Assembly: GCA_965208675.1 (NCBI GenBank)
Contig: OZ242351.1
Span: forward strand, 2,292,834 to 2,356,833
Origin: Candidatus Poribacteria bacterium
GTDB taxonomy: Bacteria; Poribacteria; WGA-4E; PCPOR2b
DNA: 64,000 bases
Direction: 5' to 3'
Part shown: piece by piece, positions 62,500 through 64,000 of the stretch
How the letters are laid out: each line of letters starts with the position of its first letter
Position numbering within the stretch: position 1 is the stretch's first letter
The notes under the pieces: generated by a model
What the model was told of the DNA's origin: nothing
Databases searched by the model: none
The model's input: only the letters and a program-made list of their open reading frames with translations
Made by a program: the position numbers and the translations under genes

Positions 62500-62527
62500 G
62501 TAGGAAACTACAATCGTTATTCTCTAC
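62500..62527. repeat. REP-type hairpin, copy 2 (degenerate: GTAGGAAACTAC-AATC-GTTATTCTCTAC)
   Basis: Same architecture as copy 1 with four substitutions. Confidence 0.6.
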
Positions 62528-62579
62528 GAAATGCGCGTAACATGCAATTATTTCCAAAATCATTTCGCAATATAAATAA

Positions 62580-62804
62580 TCGGTTACGCGGAAGGTAAGA
62601 AAACGTTGGGGAAATCACAGATTTGGTTGGCAGAAATCATTTTATGACCACGTAATCAGAAACGATGAGGATATATATCGTGTCCGTGCCTACTTCCAAT
62701 ACAACCAACTGAACTGGAAATTGGATAAAAATAACCGAACCAACTGTAACAAATGGCATGGTGTAGGGAAAAACGATCGTTGTTCCCTACGAAGGACTCG
62801 TTAA
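62580..62804 (+). pseudogene. Decayed IS200/IS605-family Y1 (RAYT-like, REP-associated) transposase; only the C-terminal region remains
   Basis: The frame reads ...FGWQKSFYDHVIRNDEDIYRVRAYFQYNQLNWKLDKNN, matching the conserved Y1-transposase C-terminus (WQRxYYDHxIRNExxLxxIxxYIxxNPxKW). No HuH/Tyr N-terminal part. Upstream there is a frame-shifted fragment QLFPKSFRNINNRLRG. It is flanked by GTAG hairpins. Confidence 0.6.
62763..62790. repeat. REP-type hairpin, copy 3 (GTAGGGAAAAAC-GATC-GTTGTTCCCTAC), overlapping the 3' end of the transposase remnant
   Basis: Perfect 12-bp stem starting with GTAG. Confidence 0.7.
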
Positions 62805-62824
62805 AAATACAAATAGGGTGAATC

Positions 62825-63700
62825 GTGCAGTATTCAATTATGAATCATTCTGACATTGATTTAGGACATAGGATAGATGCCGAATATTTTCAGCCTACCT
62901 ACCTGCACATAGAAGAAAAACTCGTAGAGAATCAGGCAATACCACTGAAGAACTTTTGTTCTATTACCGGCAGCGCCTTTTATCCTGCTGCGATTCACCT
63001 TTATGCAGCTGATGGTTTACCATTTATCCGATGTGTTGACTGTGTCTCATACCCTATTATTACATCAAGACAAAGCACACAATTTGAAAAAATACCGAGA
63101 GAATTTGCCAATGAACATAAAAACATCAAGAGGTTGTCAAAAGGGGAAATAGTCATAACGAAAGTAGGAACCCCATGTTTTGCCTCGATAATTCATGATA
63201 TAGAGGAGATGGCTTTATCGCGCAATGTCTTAGGCCTGAAATCAATCGCTAATATTGATCCTTACTACTTAGTTGCTTTTCTACGTTCAAAATATGGTTT
63301 CTTACAATTGCTCAGGGAAAGAGAACTGACAATCCAGTTTAAATTGACGTTTGACCGAGTAGGAAATGTTCTCATTTTCAAGCCAGCGGATAATAAGTTA
63401 GAAAACCGAATAGCGGATAGCTTAATTTTACACGAAGCGATTAAAAAGGAATCAGAACAATTATACAGTCAAGCCCAAGCCCTCCTCCTCGCCGAACTTG
63501 GGCTTGCTAACTGGCAACCGAAACACCGATTGACATTTGTTAAAGACTACTCCGACACTGAACAAGCCGAGCGTGTTGATGCGGAATACTACCAGCCGAA
63601 ATATGAGGGAATCGTTGAGGCGATAAAAAACTGTATGGGCGGCTGGGATACGCTGGGGAATTTAGTTATGATAAAGAAATGTATAGAAGTAGGAAGCTAA
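62825..63700 (+). CDS. Restriction-modification specificity subunit (HsdS-like), first target-recognition domain plus central conserved region. It ends at an in-frame TAA.
   Basis: DAEYFQPTY ... and ... DAEYYQPKY conserved repeats flank a TRD-like block. GTG start. Confidence 0.7.
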   Translation: MQYSIMNHSDIDLGHRIDAEYFQPTYLHIEEKLVENQAIPLKNFCSITGSAFYPAAIHLYAADGLPFIRCVDCVSYPIITSRQSTQFEKIPREFANEHKNIKRLSKGEIVITKVGTPCFASIIHDIEEMALSRNVLGLKSIANIDPYYLVAFLRSKYGFLQLLRERELTIQFKLTFDRVGNVLIFKPADNKLENRIADSLILHEAIKKESEQLYSQAQALLLAELGLANWQPKHRLTFVKDYSDTEQAERVDAEYYQPKYEGIVEAIKNCMGGWDTLGNLVMIKKCIEVGS

Positions 63701-64000
63701 GAGTATCTTAATGAAGGAGTTCCTTTTGTTCGCGTCAGCAACTTAAACCCATTTGAAATCACTAGTGAAAAGTATATTTCCGATTCGGTGTATTCAAGAG
63801 CTGCGCAACACCAACCTCAACAAAGCGAGATACTTCTCAGCAAGGACGGTACCCCCGGCATTGCCTATTATTTGCGCGAGGTCCCTCCAAAAATGATTCC
63901 GTCAGGAGGAATACTCCGATTGAAAAGCAAGACTGATAGAATTGACAATGAGTATTTGACACTGGTACTAAATTCAATATTGACTAAAGAGCAATCAAAC
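63701..64000 (+). other. In-frame continuation of hsdS encoding a second TRD (EYLNEGVPFVRVSNL ... ILLSKDGTPGIAYYL ...), truncated by the window end
   Basis: 100 sense codons in the same frame as 62825-63700 immediately after its TAA. The sequence has classic HsdS TRD character. Confidence 0.6.

Noticed and set aside
61137-62790. Three near-identical 28-nt palindromes: could they be a CRISPR array?
   Set aside because: Spacing is irregular (about 1.3 kb and 0.26 kb), there is no cas gene, and the units begin with GTAG and flank an IS200/RAYT remnant. They are REP elements.
1-64000. Stop-codon reassignment as an explanation for the three in-frame TAG/TAA codons
   Set aside because: Other genes in the window clearly terminate at TAG (TPR gene at 1540), TAA (many) and TGA. 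Two different stop codons are involved, and no Pyl or suppressor machinery is visible.

Overview
This 64 kb window reads as a chromosomal segment of an uncultured bacterium with roughly mid-range GC. It has dense housekeeping genes on both strands and three visibly AT-richer islands. Recognisable content falls into four groups.

Housekeeping and metabolic genes:
- A complete, compact Pup-proteasome cluster on the minus strand (arc/mpa, dop, pup, prcB, prcA, pafA).
- An nfeD-flotillin-flotillin operon, plus leuC/leuD, ileS with a promoter and attenuator-like leader, ppdK, recA-thpR, purD, ftsY, rsgA and uppS.
- A MATE exporter and two cyclophilins.
- An AtuA-like pair and a coxMSL-like xanthine-dehydrogenase-family molybdoenzyme operon followed by a MoaD-like gene.

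AT-rich islands:
- 58.8-64 kb carries a BcgI-like / Type-I-like restriction-modification locus. A PD-(D/E)xK nuclease fused to an N6-adenine methyltransferase is separated from its HsdS-like specificity gene by GTAG-type REP hairpins, a decayed IS200/RAYT-family transposase remnant and a 423-aa protein of unknown function.
- 28.3-31.4 kb carries four unrecognisable genes.
- About 48.6-50.3 kb carries one unrecognisable 338-aa gene.

Repeats and in-frame stops:
- Two copies of a 270-300 bp MITE-like element with terminal inverted repeats.
- Two copies of a C5-TGATAA-G5 hairpin element.
- Three apparently intact genes interrupted by single in-frame stop codons: a flotillin (TAG), hsdS (TAA) and a 240-aa hypothetical (TAA).

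No rRNA, tRNA or CRISPR array could be supported.
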